The translations under genes and the position numbers were made by a program. A stretch of 64,000 nt of DNA. Origin: Torpedo marmorata (taxonomy: Eukaryota). Within the stretch, counting starts at the first letter, position 1. Each line of letters opens with the position of its first letter. Below are positions 24,668 through 37,847 of this stretch, in pieces. The DNA lies in contig OZ360220.1 of NCBI GenBank assembly GCA_977017645.1, positions 137,826,001 through 137,890,000 on the forward strand, given 5' to 3'. A model generated the notes under the pieces. That model ran no database searches, was not told the origin of the DNA, and saw nothing but the letters and a program-made list of their open reading frames with translations.

Positions 24668-26917
24668 ACAAGCACACAGAAGCAAAACAAACACACAAAC
24701 TTTATAAGTAATACAGCAACACCTTCAGATATGCTGTCTTCATCATAGTCCAGGAGCCCTGTGAACTGATGAGAGGATAGATGCGAGTTTAGCCTTGGAG
24801 AATGGGTGCACAGACTGGCGATTCTGGCTGAATGTCATAGTTTTGAAATATTACCCTGATTCTTTTCATTGCCTTTCCTTCTGTTTCCTGCCACTTTCCC
24901 TCAACTTTTTGGGAGCTTCTAGTTATTCGATAAGGAAGAAGCAAACTCACTGCAGCACATCCTGACAATGTTCATCAAAACATCTACCAGCAATAGCTTT
25001 ACAAATTGAATACTGTGTTTTTAAGTTATATTTTTTAAATTAAATAACTTTTTAAAGCAATTTTAATGGGGAAGGTAACTATTAGAACTCTGACATCACA
25101 AAAGTTCTAATCATTTTGAAAGGTATAGCAATGGAAAGAGAATGATTTCACCAGTTTTCATAAAGAATTAACATGTAAAGTTAAGTAATTCCATCAAACA
25201 GTACCTGAGGAGAGACAATAGTAGAAAATCCATTCCACGCCTAGGATTCCAATCGTTTGACATGATTACCATACATTTCCCGATATAATCACCAGAAAAG
25301 TAACCAAGGAAAATGAAATCCAACCCGGAAAAATTTCATTCAGCACCCCCAACTTGAAACACTGACCCACGTAGAGTCGGCAAGCAGCCAAACACTCAGT
25401 GACGAACTGATGTTTTATGAGCATGGGGCAGGCAAACCAGATACTGTTTGACTAGTGAGTTGGATAATCTGCACTTGAACACATCAACTAGTGCACAAGC
25501 CAAGCCATTGGATGCTAAGGGAAGGTTTCTGGAGGAGCTCAGCTCAAATCACACCTTTATTAAAGGATTAAACTCTCCTCACCTTCCAACCATCTGACTC
25601 AAAATTTACTTTTCACTTTCAGTTGGTTTCCTTCCACTGTTCCCTTTCTTCATTCGACTTCACATATTCCCGCAAACTCCTGCAGGCCAAAGATATTCTA
25701 TAGATAGAGGGCTGAGTGGAAAGGTGGATTTGAGATCAGTCGGGATCTTACTAAATGACCAAGTAAGCCCATGCTGTTGCATGACCTTATTCTCAGGTTG
25801 ATTTCTTAGGTTCAGAGTGGATTTTAACTGCTATTTAAGGTTTGTCCATATTTCCAGTGTAATGAGTCATATACAGAAATGGTTGAAATATTTACAACTG
25901 TTTTATATTATTTCCAGGTGTATTCTGTGGCCAACTGCTCTCTGTTGTTAATGCTTCATGTGGAAGGTTCCAGCATCTGCCCCTCTGTTGAAAGCCACAG
26001 GAAGAAATGCTCTCTTGACCCCTGAAACTTTTATTTTATTTAATCAAATATCCTTGCAGTTAGTTTCAATTACTGCTTATTTTCCAGTAACTTAATCATA
26101 CTGCAAGAACATTTTATTGATTAAGCAATTAAATTTAGATGTCAAGGTAAAACCTGAATATAAGACGCCATGCAACATCCTTCCCAAGTAAGTGAGCATC
26201 GCGTGACAGTGAGGTGTGGCGATCAATTCGGATAACGCCTCAGAGGGGAAATAAAGACACTGAACCTGTTGGATTTCCATGCAAGTATTCAATCTAAAGA
26301 ATAGAGTGAAGAGTTTACCCTGCAAGGAGTTCAAAGCTGTGATTGGAGACAAGTGAACAATATTAACCTTCAGAGGCTTGGCATAAAAAGCCTCTATCAA
26401 AAGCATAACAAATGTCAACTATGTGAAATCAAATCAGCTAAACTATCTTCAATAAGCTTGGCTTTCATTTGCATCTCAATTATTTCTTTTTTTAATACTC
26501 TATAAAGCTTTAATCTCTACAAGTACTGCCCTTGACATCAGGCAAGGTTCTTCCTGAATCGATCTGTCAATTCTAGAAAAGGACAGAGAGTTATGTTGCT
26601 GTTTGATCAGCATTCCATCTTGAGCTTTACTTCTTCACTCCCACTTCCTGTAATGGCTACAGTATCTCTGAATTTCTTCTCCTGATTCTTCTGCATGTCC
26701 TTCTTCTAAACTCAGACTGTTGACAGCAAGGGTTGCTGCATTCCACCTCACGATTCATCCAGTGAGTTCAAAGCTGTAACACCTCCTCCTGTCCTTTGCA
26801 CCATCTTTTAATTTGATGTCATTTCCTTTCCAACCCTTTCCTGCCTTGGTGGGCTCTTTCACGATGAGCCTTTTCTCCTCATCCATAGTTTATCAACATT
26901 GAACAAAAGCATTGTTA

Positions 26918-27067
<150 letters not shown>

Positions 27068-28799
27068 CTAAAACAAACACAAGAAAGAATGAATATACAG
27101 AAAGCACACTGGTAACTCAGTGCTTGCATTTAATGCACAGGGCGAATACACGTAGATCTTCTTTTGTAGATCCGTGTGTGTTATAGCAGAGTTATATGCA
27201 AAACATGACAGTATCTTCTACATGTCAGAAAATGGAGAGCATATTAAAAGGTTAGAATCCATGTTGATGCCAAGATCAATCATGAGAGTGAAGCTCCAGC
27301 AGTAACCAGCACCTCCCATCATTCCCAGGTTAACCTCCACCCTTAAATATGTATCGTCCATCATAGTAAAAAGGCGAACATGAGCCTCATGGAGAGGAAG
27401 GAGATTTATTTCCCCAGAATCTACTTATCACTTAATTTTCTGTTTTTGGAGGCTAACAAAAATGCAGAATACTTGAACATTTTATGGCAGAAATAAACCA
27501 ATTATTGGAGTGCACTTTTCCAGTGGGAGCAAATTTGGCAGTGGACCCAAAATAGCAGGATGTGCGGAGAATGGTTTGCAAAGAGGCAGAGAAATTGTAC
27601 TTTACACAAACGGCTTCCAGGTTCACACCAATGGGAACTGGAATTCCAAAAATTCCGTATGGAACACGGCAAGGCTCTCTGCAGCCGTATCAATTGAATA
27701 TCCAATGACAAAATGCAGAGGCCTCCCACACTCCCACCCATCCAACCACCCAACCATTGCTCCACTCTCCGTTTCACTGCCACTTCCAGTGGGAGCCAAA
27801 AAGTCTCATCTGAAAGCCAGAGTGTTGTCATTGTCAAAGCAGAGAACTAATTCCTCCAGTTTCATCATCTTAGATTGACATTTAAAGCAGAATGTCAGCT
27901 CACTCCAAAAACCTTCAGAAAACAACAAAACCACTCTGCATGGAGACACAGGGCATCAAGGGGGTCAGATTCATGAATCACTGAAGCTAAAACAAAGAGA
28001 ACAGGAGAAAACCCCAGCAGCATGCAACAGAAGGAAGGGTGAGAGCCAGAGACTAACAGCTCAAGCTACAAAACTAAACACACAAACGCATGGTCAAGTG
28101 GATGTACATCTGGGTTCTGTCAGGAATAGAAGTGACAGCAATGCTGGAACACAGCAACTCTACCTTATGGGAAAGAGCAGGGTGTCAGCAGTCGATGGCA
28201 GATGGGACACTGTGATTTGGTCATTATGTACTTCCGATCCCACTCCCTCAACAGCATTACCAAGTAGTAAAAGTGATATAGAGATGGCATTCAATCATTT
28301 TTATTTCCTCCAAACATCCAGATCTGTGTCACTGCAAGGGAGAGAGTGGAGTGGAAGAGGAACACCAGTGGGATTTCTGCTTAGCTTCATTCAGTACTAA
28401 TAAACTCACAGCTAATGGATTGACCAGTATATAATCATCACCTATCGCCAAGTCCTGAGATTCACTTCCAGTTTCAGAGTTACACCTTGGGTATTGGAGC
28501 AAGAATCAGTGGTGGCAAAAGAACATATTTGTTTTCTGGGAATCATCTTTCTCAGAAATCCAGGTAGTTCCCCTTCTTCCCAATTAATACAGAGCTCATT
28601 AGTACAATAGTACCTTCAAGAATGATCAAGTAGGCTGATAACCTTCTTCATTCAAACCTTTTCTAAACACTTAGGAAGTGATTAAAATCTTTCAGCCTGT
28701 CCAATATGTCCAACCATCCAACCAATCAGAGTTGATCCATATCTGACCTCTGTTTACCCATGTTTGCTCCCTATTGGTCAATATCCTTTCCCTCTATCG

Positions 28800-29125
28800 A
28801 TGATATCTTCAGGGAGCTGAGCTTAAAGAGGGCTCAGAGAATCATTGGGAACCCTTACCATCCAGCCAGCAGTATCTTTGAGACACTACCTTCAAGGAAG
28901 AGGTAAGGAGCATAAAAACCAGGACTGCCAGGTTGGGAAACAGCTTCTTCCCACAGGCAGTGAGACTGATCAACAACCCTAGAAAACCGTAAATTATTTT
29001 TATATATATTTAGGTTGGATCGCTATGTATATATGTTGTTTGTGTGTATGGTGTGCACCATGGTCCACTTGTGCCGTTTCGTCAGGTAGTACATGTACAA
29101 TCGGATGACAATGAACTTGAACTTG
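28800..29125 (+). mobile_element. Rex/Babar 3' fragment
   Basis: ...HP...LPS.KR.RSIKTRTARLGNSFFPQAVRLIN, with (ACTTGA)n tail. Confidence 0.65.
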
Positions 29126-30088
29126 GACTACCCTTCACTAAAATACGCTGATTTTTGAAAACTTCAAATGTCGCCCAACAACCACAATCTTTTTTGGAAA
29201 AAGTCTCATCCTCTTGTGTGAAATAGCCCTTCCCAATTTCACTCCAAATTGACCAAGCTCCCTCAGAGGAAGAATTACCATAGTTCTGCTACATTGAACC
29301 CATCTAATCCAAAATCACTATACACATCATCATTTACATCTGTCTCAATTTCTGAATCAAAGGGAATGGAAACCCAACTCCATGGAAACCACCTTCATAA
29401 TTAATCCTTTAAGGCCTGATGTAATTAATTTGCAGTGGACTCTATATAGCCATGATTTATGCCCAACATTCTGTTCCACTGAAGCATAACTACCTCATTT
29501 TCTATTCCATGCCCACTGAGGATTTTTTGAAGACTTTGCTCAAGTCATTGTTAATTCATATAGGTGGGCACTCAGACCCTTCAATCTCACAGTATTTAGC
29601 TTTCCAGGATTCACCTCTCAAGATTCATTGTCCACCACAGTCTTGCCCGTTTATGTAGTCAGTCCACCCCTGTTGACTTCTTCCTTCCATTTACACAGCG
29701 ATGTGACCCTGGGAAATGAATGATGATGAATGGAAATGAGAACACAGAGGAAAGTGATGGTGGGCATCTTTTCCAAGGACCACCGAGAAACTGGAAGTGA
29801 ATCTGCTGACGTAGCACACCTGGGAATTTTTCCAAAGTCCCAAGATCCAATTGGACGAAACAAAGATTCTCAACATAAGGCAAACATTCACCAATTGGAG
29901 CATGTGACTCTAAAGTCCCAAGATCATGGGTCTTGGAGATCTGGTCATTTCCACAAATCCCTGGGAACTCCCAATCAAGCCCAGAATGTTCTCAGGTGTC
30001 AATAGCTCACCACAAATTAGAACAGCCCAACTCACCCAGATGTAACTCCAACACTTAACCTGCATTGTCACGGCAACGATATACTCAC

Positions 30089-30100
30089 CATAATTTCATC
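30089..30100 (-). CDS. DNM1: DNM1 12-nt microexon (DEIM)
   Basis: pyrimidine tract ...tctgctatggtttctctgtgaag|GATGAAATTATG|gtgagt; equivalent to the mammalian DNM1 'DEIL' exon. Confidence 0.9.
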
Positions 30101-32479
30101 CTTCACAGAGAAACCATAGCAGATGTAAAGAAGCCAAGCAGAGAAGTGGCAAGGGGAAGAAGGTTCAATAAGGAAAGGAAGAATATAAAATGAGCCTGAT
30201 TATTACACCAGTAAAATGGATGGCATTTGCTTACAGAACAATCCACATACAGCAGAAACTACACATCTGTGGTCTCAACTCATTCAAGTACACAGCTGCT
30301 GTGACTTAAGCCTGCAATATGGCAGGCATTTAAAACTGATGGAAATTTGCAACTTCAAATATATATATATATTTTAATAGGTGATCTAAAAACATTTGTG
30401 GTGAAAAGAGTTCAATCAAAAATTTCTGAGTTTACAAAAGTTGATGAACATGCAAAATTTTGAAAAATTTTCATGGAATTCTCCTCAAAATTTAATGATC
30501 AGTTTAATCATTTAATAGACTATTTTTTAATAATTTGTTTTTCTTTGTCATTGAATTCTTTTTTTCTTTAAATGTCTTTCTTGAATGAGCTTCATTATCA
30601 CAAATGTTACCTGGATGAGGAAAATAAAATGAAAATCGGCATAAAAGCAACAAAGAAATAAAGACCAGTGCAGTTGAACAAAGCCATTAAAGGAGAAGGA
30701 AGTTGAAGAAATTGTCTGGCTCTTCATCCAAGATTCGTGACTGGAACAACCTTTGTTCACCAGGTCCTTGGTGAACTACAGTAAATACAACATTCGTGAT
30801 CCAATGAGTGAAAATGATTAGGATGCTGTGTCTGATGGGCTGCTTGGAGCTTTATCCATGGAGTCGTTCCCATGAGATCAAATTCCTAATGCCAAAATGC
30901 ACCTTCCCCTTCACACCAGAGCTTCTTGCAGCCCAGCCAATGACAGGCAGGCAGTGAGAGCATGTACGAAATGCAAGCAGCAATGTCGCAAGCTTGAGCA
31001 ACCAATAAGGAGAAATCTGGCTTCACATGACCTTTGCACTGATTATTGTCTACAAGAAGAAAAATTCAAAGCAAGACATTGGGGTCACCATTTTAGTCCA
31101 GTGTGGAACAGAGCATTATACAAGGGCAGGCCAGGGTTAAAGTTGAACCTCTAATTGGTCTCAGTGCCTTCTCGGCTAAAGAATCAGCCAGGTTTTCCTT
31201 CCAAAGGGTTTCCAGGGTGGGAGTCAGAAAGAATGATTTGGGGAGAGGCCACAAGAGAGAGGGAATTGAAGTGAAGGGGGCAGGAAAGTGACAGAAACAT
31301 ATTTCCTACCTCCTTATGACAAAGATGTGGGCCATTTGGCACAATGAGTCTGTGCCGGCTTAGAAAGCAATCCCACTTGTTTCCATTTATCCACCACTTA
31401 CACTAGGGATAGTTTACAGTTACCAAGCAACACATATTTAGAAGGTGGGAGGAAACAACAATATCCCTGAGGGGACCTACAAGGTTGTAAGGAGAATGTG
31501 CTAATTCCATACAGACAGTACCAGAGGTCAGGATCTTATCGAGGACTTTGGAATTCTGAGGCAGCTGCACTAACTGCTACACCGCTGTAGCTCCACTCAT
31601 AGGTGTTGAAAGACCAAGTGATGGATCAAGTCGGAGAAACAGCGAGAGGCGAAAGGGAGCAAGAGGGAGAAGTGTGAGAGAGGGCATTGATGAGAGAGGG
31701 GTCAAGTATGGTGAGAGAGCAGCAAGAGAAAGAGGGCAGAGTGAGAGAAGAATGAGAGAGAGAGTGAGTGAGAGAGAGAGGGAGATAGGAGAGAGAAAGG
31801 GAGAGAGGGAGGGAGGGAGGGAGGGAGGGAGGGAGGGAGGGAGGGGAGAAAAGAGAGCCCACAGTGGATGAACTTGTACACTGATGGCAATGTAAAGGAT
31901 GACACAATTTGTCGGGTCTTCTTGGGATGTGCCCTGTCCGATGTTCAAAGCACTGACCAAGTGCATTGTACAGAGGGTGGGTATATCAGCTGACTTTGTG
32001 TCCCCAGCCAAATCCAATCTCACCCCGACTGCCTTCGTGAGGGAGCAGGATTATAATGAAGTGTGGGACACACCGAAAAACAGTGCCAGAGCTGGTACCT
32101 GGCACGGATGGGCGCAACCAATGCCAGGACATGCTTTGCCAGCAAACCATCAGCCTCCCAAAGACCAGTCCCTCGAGCATGGGACCCTCCATGGCTCCTT
32201 GCGACACTGGGCTGAACATTCACCCTGTGAGAAACCATTTGCCTCTTTAAAAATGTGTTTAATTCACATTATGGCCTGCATAAAGTCTCTTGACCAGCCC
32301 TACTTCAGGATACAGTGAAGGCTGGGAGACCCCTGAGAAGATCAGCATCAGTCCTTTGGGGGCGCAGTTGCACTTGGATTCAGCCTGTGCCACCCAGAGG
32401 CTGTGCTTCACCTCCAATCAGATACAACAACCAGACTGCGCCCACATTCATCAGTCGCTCCCGTTTAGCTTGTGGATAC

Positions 32480-32531
32480 CTGGTTGCCTGCAGCCTTCTT
32501 CTTGCTCAGCTGACAGCTCCTTGGCTGTGCA
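32480..32531 (-). CDS. DNM1: DNM1 exon 13 (AQPRSCQLSKKKAAGNQ)
   Basis: ttacag|TGCACAG ... AACCAG|gtatcc; 52 nt; phases match exon 12 and the downstream exons. Confidence 0.92.
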
Positions 32532-32629
32532 CTGTAAACAAGATTGAACAACAACTTCAGCACTTGAACCTTCAGCAGTGAACATTTTATTTGGAAAAAA
32601 AATGACCAGAGAATTTTCTAAATGTTTGC

Positions 32630-32885
32630 TGGTGTGCCCTCCCTCCCTTATCCATCTATTACCTCCTGCCTTTGGGACCGTGCTCTTCCCCCACACCCCT
32701 CCCCCCTACCATTTTGTTCGGACACCTGCCGACATTTTTCCATACCTTGATGAAGGGCTCAAGCCTGATACGTTGGTTATGTATCTTTATCTTTGCTGTA
32801 TAAAGGACACTGTTTTACCTGCTGAGGTTCTCCAGCATTGTGTTTTTACTTCACCACGGTGTCTGCAGACTTTTGTGTTTTACGT
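32630..32885 (+). mobile_element. Penelope terminal-repeat fragment with hammerhead-like motif
   Basis: Reverse complement of about 12981-13200. Confidence 0.8.
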
Positions 32886-33173
32886 TCTAAATGTTTATAT
32901 GTCCTGCTCAGCGTTGTGAGGGTCACATCTCAAACTAGTGGTGTTTGAATACAAAAGCTAAATGTCACAGCTGCCTTTAAATACAGCTAACTAGCTCCAT
33001 CCACTCTACTAAGTGAGCTGATAACTGTACAGGGCCACCTCTGTAACTGGCCGAGATGGCCATTTCTCAGTGCAGGCTTTACATGAAGGATCATCTGCAA
33101 GCCGTTTAACCACGAGGAGCACCACAGTTCTGCTTGATTTTGTCTAAACCTAATGCTGATCAGCAAGATTAGG

Positions 33174-33244
33174 GCCCGGATAGCTCAGTTGGTAGAGCAT
33201 CACTTTTAATCTGAGTATCCAGGGTTCATGTCCCTGTTCAGGCG
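33174..33244 (+). pseudogene. tRNA-Lys(TTT) pseudogene
   Basis: GCCCGGATAGCTCAGTTGGTAGAGCATCA--CTTTTAATCTGAG...GTCCCTGTTCAGGCG matches vertebrate tRNA-Lys-UUU, but has a 2-nt deletion in the anticodon stem and a T-loop change. Confidence 0.85.
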
Positions 33245-33254
33245 ATACATTTCA

Positions 33255-33512
33255 GGGTGGCACGGTAGGCGTAGCGGTTAGCGCAACGCAGTTACAGCGC
33301 CAGCGATCGGGACGGGGGTTCGAATCCTGCACTGTCTGTAAGGAGTTTGTACGTTCTCCCCTGTCTGCATGGCTTTTCCCCGGCGTTTTGGTTTCCTCCC
33401 ACCGTTCAAAAAAACGTACTGGGGGTTGTAGGTTAATTGGGTGTATTTGGGCGGCACGGGCGCATGGGCCAAAAGGGCCTGTTACCGTGCTATATGTCTA
33501 AATTTAAATTTA
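33255..33512 (+). mobile_element. HE1-like V-SINE, full length
   Basis: tRNA-like head (GGTTCGAATCC B box), V core, CR1-like tail, TAAATT end. Confidence 0.87.
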
Positions 33513-33871
33513 AGAGGGTATCAACCAACGAGGTAGTTATGTGGTATGATTCAACAAATGGTCTGTTGTGAAGCAAATAATTTGCTTAGACATGTAGTCT
33601 ATTTGGAGGGTAGTCAAAAGAGTCTGCATTAATTTCTCCCAGTAAAAGCAGTGATTTCTCTTAAAAAGTGCAGTGGGTGGAGGATAATTACATTTACATT
33701 AGATGGATAAAGTCAAACTCAGTCACTGACAGGACTGTGCTCAATAAGTTGGATTCATAGGAGAATTAACCCAGTATCTCGGCTCCAAATAACGTTTCAG
33801 AAAGTAGCCTCCAGCAGTCTGTCACACACATACACAACTGCCCAGGATACGTACTCATACACACACCCCTA

Positions 33872-34096
33872 NNNNNNNNNNNNNNNNNNNNNNNNNNNNN
33901 NNNNNNNNNNNNNNNNNNNNNNNNNNNNNNNNNNNNNNNNNNNNNNNNNNNNNNNNNNNNNNNNNNNNNNNNNNNNNNNNNNNNNNNNNNNNNNNNNNNN
34001 NNNNNNNNNNNNNNNNNNNNNNNNNNNNNNNNNNNNNNNNNNNNNNNNNNNNNNNNNNNNNNNNNNNNNNNNNNNNNNNNNNNNNNNNNNNNNNNN
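33872..34096. other. assembly gap (N run)
   Basis: Ns, adjacent to CA-rich sequence. Confidence 0.99.
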
Positions 34097-34340
34097 TGAG
34101 GCTTTTGAAGGTCCTGCACAATTGTGACCTTTGAGTGATGCAGGATTGGAATAAGTTAAGTTAGTCTGAATCAGAGATGGAAACAACAGCCCTCTTGAGT
34201 CATAGAACTGAAGATATCATGCGGAGAAGGGACATGTCACCCACTCAGGCAATAGAGAAGTCTCAGGTGGAACCGAATGGTCAGTGATAATCTGCTAACT
34301 GGCTGCAGTCTATCCTGGTCATGATCTGACAATTCACTTA

Positions 34341-34481
<141 letters not shown>

Positions 34482-34689
34482 TCATGGTGCTGGGATCAGA
34501 GGTCACCAACTAGAGCACTTGTATCACAATACCCTATTGCTGGCTGATACCCTCAGAAATGCTAGCCTCGAGCAGAAGCAACACTGCTGGAACAGAACCC
34601 AAGTGGGAAGTTTTCCATTGCAATCTGAAAACTGAAAATGAATGACTTGTGCCAAAACAGGGTTCAAGCAGCAAGCTGTCTCCGCCATT

Positions 34690-35303
34690 AGAGACAGTGC
34701 AGGAAATGGTAGGGGATGTGATAGCATTTACGTCACTCATTGCTAGGAAAAATATTCTTTTACACTGGAAAGACGTTGATCCCCCTTCACATCGCCACTG
34801 GCTCAACTGTGTGATGTCATGCTTGACGTTGGAAAAAATTCGTTGTTCTAATCTTGATAAGAATTTCAATTTTCAGAGGATATGGGGTTCGTTTATGAGC
34901 CTCTTTCCGACATTGTAATACGGGCTTTATAACATTCTCTCTTTCTTTTTTCTTTATCTTAGCCAGTTTCAGACGCGCATGGATTAGGGTTTAGATTTCC
35001 TCCCCTTTTCTGTTAGTTAGTTGTAGTTTAGATTCCTTTTTTTTTCTTTTCCTATTTTTTTTCTTTTCCTTTTTTTTTCCCTTTGCTTTTATGTTTTGGG
35101 GGTATGTCAGTTTTATGTGGCCATTCCTTGATTGCTCTTTCCTTGTATTATTACTTCTGAGAGGGGACTTAATGACATTTGTAATTATAATTTTCTTTAT
35201 TATTATCCTTGTATTGTACTTATTGTATACTCTTGCACTGACTGCCTCTGTATTGTTTGACCTTATTTGTTTTAAAAATCAATAAATAAAATTGAAAAGA
35301 AAG
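34690..35303 (+). mobile_element. L1/Tx1 LINE 3' end
   Basis: IAFTSLIARKNILLHWK...PPS...WL...LTLEKIR...F..IW (L1 ORF2 C-terminus), T-rich 3' UTR, AATAAA plus A-rich tail. Confidence 0.8.
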
Positions 35304-35417
35304 GAAATGGTAGGGGATGTGAGGGGGTCCAGTTAGCCAGCGTTTCCTGCTCTTTTATTAGTAATCTAGTTTGCAATTCAAGGATGATGCAACTGAGAGA
35401 TGTTTTCAGATAAACTA

Positions 35418-35950
35418 CAGTAAAAGTCCTAAAATCCAGACTGCTCAGGGATTGGGTCGGTCCGGATTTTCGGATTTTCTGGATTCTCGGGCAGTACATC
35501 TGTGGCACTTTTGCAATGCACACAGACACGCATGCAATGCACACAGACACGCATGCAATGCACACACATGCATGCAATGCACACACACACGCATGCAATG
35601 CACACAGACACACATGCAATGCACACAGACACGCATGCAATGCACACAGACACGCATGCAATGCACACACATGCAATGCACACAGACACACATGCAATGC
35701 ACACAGACACGCATGCAATGCACACAGACACGCATGCAATGCACACACACATGCAATGCACACATGCAATGCACACAGACACGCATGCAATGCACACACA
35801 CGCATGCAAGGCACACAGACACACATGCAATGCACACAGACACGCATGCAATGCAGACACACACACGCACACAAAAGCCGAGAATTGTTGAGAAGCCCAG
35901 ATTCTCGGGTGGTCCGGATTTCTGGCATCCTGATTTTTGGGCTTTTACTG
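35418..35950. mobile_element. Tc1/mariner (Tigger-like) MITE with internal minisatellite
   Basis: TA|CAGTAAAAGTCCTAAAATC ... GATTTTTGGGCTTTTACTG|TA. Confidence 0.8.
35512..35872. repeat. about 21-bp minisatellite (ATGCAATGCACACAGACACGC)n
   Basis: About 18 imperfect tandem units. Confidence 0.92.
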
Positions 35951-36279
35951 TATTAAAATGGTTGCCAAAAAATATCTGCAGGGAGATTAAAGAAACATTT
36001 TTAGATGGAAAGTTGTTCTGATCTGAAATGCCGAGACTGAAAAGATGCTGGAAGCAGATTCAATAACTTGAGAGGTTAAGTTTGTGGAAAGACGCGTTGG
36101 CCACTGAGGAAAGAGCATAGGTACAGGACTAAATGGCTACTCTTTCAGTGATCTGGCATAGACACAGTGGGCAGAATCACTTCCTGCAGTGTTCAATTGT
36201 TCATTAATTGGATCCTCCCAATTCAGCCGAGCCATCACAAAGTAAAAATTACTCACTCTGGCCATTCCGGATTCCATAC

Positions 36280-36366
36280 CTGGTCTTTTGTTCTGCCTTC
36301 TCGATCTCGGATGTGAGTGGTCACAATCCGGTCCATTTCTTCCCGCAGGTGTGGATATTGGCCCAA
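36280..36366 (-). CDS. DNM1: DNM1 exon 11 ([29 protein letters not shown])
   Basis: ttttgcag|TTGGGC ... GACCAG|gtatgg; 87 nt. Confidence 0.95.
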
Positions 36367-37705
36367 CTGCAAAAGAAAAGCGGGTGGACAGGTGGAAAAC
36401 AGCCCAAAGTAGTTTTATCCCCCATTAATGCACAATGCTTAAGACGCCTAAATGAGCACATTGCAGTACATTACTGTGATAAGCCAGCAAGTTCCTTCAG
36501 TCAGGCCTAATTCAGCTGATACTCCCCAGACAGCATCGGACATGTGTTGGCACTACAGCAGGAGGACAGGAGCAGCCATTTTGCACTCTGTGCACAAACT
36601 GAATTTATTAAACTTGCACAGCCATTGGACAAAGTTGGCAGCTTTTGTCATGATCAGTACAAGAAGGAAATGCTTGGAGCTCATTTAATCAACATGCACA
36701 AAAATTCAAGGATTTAAGAAATTCTGCCCCCGCTTTTGGCCTCAATCCTCTGCATATACGCCCACTGTTCTGTTACCCGGGAAGTCACGTGATAAGGTGC
36801 TCGGGATGGTAGGACATGAATCATCACCAATGGAGCAAGCCCCTCAACCATCATACTTTAACTGAAAGGGGTTAGGGTCTTCTCCCTCCTCCCTCTCCCC
36901 AGCCATTCTCCCAGCAGCCAACAATAATGATGATGAGGGATGAGACGAGGGGACTGGATAGGCTGGTTGCATGGGACCTTGGCTGGAGAAGAGGCAAAGA
37001 ATATGGAACACCAATGGAAAATTGAAACAACAATTAGAAAACAGAAGTTTGTATTTTTTGAAAAGGTTCAGATTCTTTGGCCAGGCTGTGAGGGCAACAC
37101 TGGAACACAGACAACAGTCATGGTGCCAACTGAACCTTAATTACTTTGCATTTATCAATCCTATAGAGAGACGAGGTTGCCTGTGCTGATGCAGTACTGT
37201 ACAGCAATATACACACCCATGGTTCCCCTTGGGTTACTTTTCCATCATAAACATACACGTACATTCTATCAGCATGCAAGCAGGCAGCCATGCAAGCGCC
37301 AGGGAATATTACGGGCAGGAATAAACAGGAGAGGAACAGATTAGTACACAGGGTGGAAGAATGACAGCACATAGATTGAGGTACATTTTAACAAAGGCAA
37401 TGTTGGCCTCAGAAAAGGTTTTAGTTTGGTCCTAACTCCACAACCAGAGTCTGTTTTCATGCCTGCCTCACCGTTTGAAACTTAATGAGATAAATGACGC
37501 TACAGAATGAAAGAGATCATTCCTTTGCAAAGCTGGGCTCCCCTACACTGCCCCAGGCTGACAACTGCTGGTGTTCTCAATCACTGGATGCCCATTAGAA
37601 TGGTGCTTCACACTCCCACCTCAAACTCTTGCTACATTTCCAAAACCAGAGGCGAATAGCGTACTTGGAAAGCGTGCACACACATACACGCGCACCTTCA
37701 CATAC

Positions 37706-37847
37706 NNNNNNNNNNNNNNNNNNNNNNNNNNNNNNNNNNNNNNNNNNNNNNNNNNNNNNNNNNNNNNNNNNNNNNNNNNNNNNNNNNNNNNNNNNNNNNN
37801 NNNNNNNNNNNNNNNNNNNNNNNNNNNNNNNNNNNNNNNNNNNNNNN
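37706..37847. other. assembly gap (N run)
   Basis: Ns, adjacent to CA-rich sequence. Confidence 0.99.

Noticed and set aside
6400-26900. miR-214 partner downstream of miR-199
   Set aside because: No ACAGCAGGCACAGAC seen by eye; the GCAGCAGGCAAA at about 16340 is part of a retroposon tail. The N gap cannot be excluded.
33174-33244. Functional tRNA-Lys gene
   Set aside because: It has a 2-nt anticodon-stem deletion, an altered B box and no terminator.
35272-36021. Cys/His-rich ORFs resembling metal-binding proteins
   Set aside because: They are translations of the 21-bp minisatellite in all six frames.
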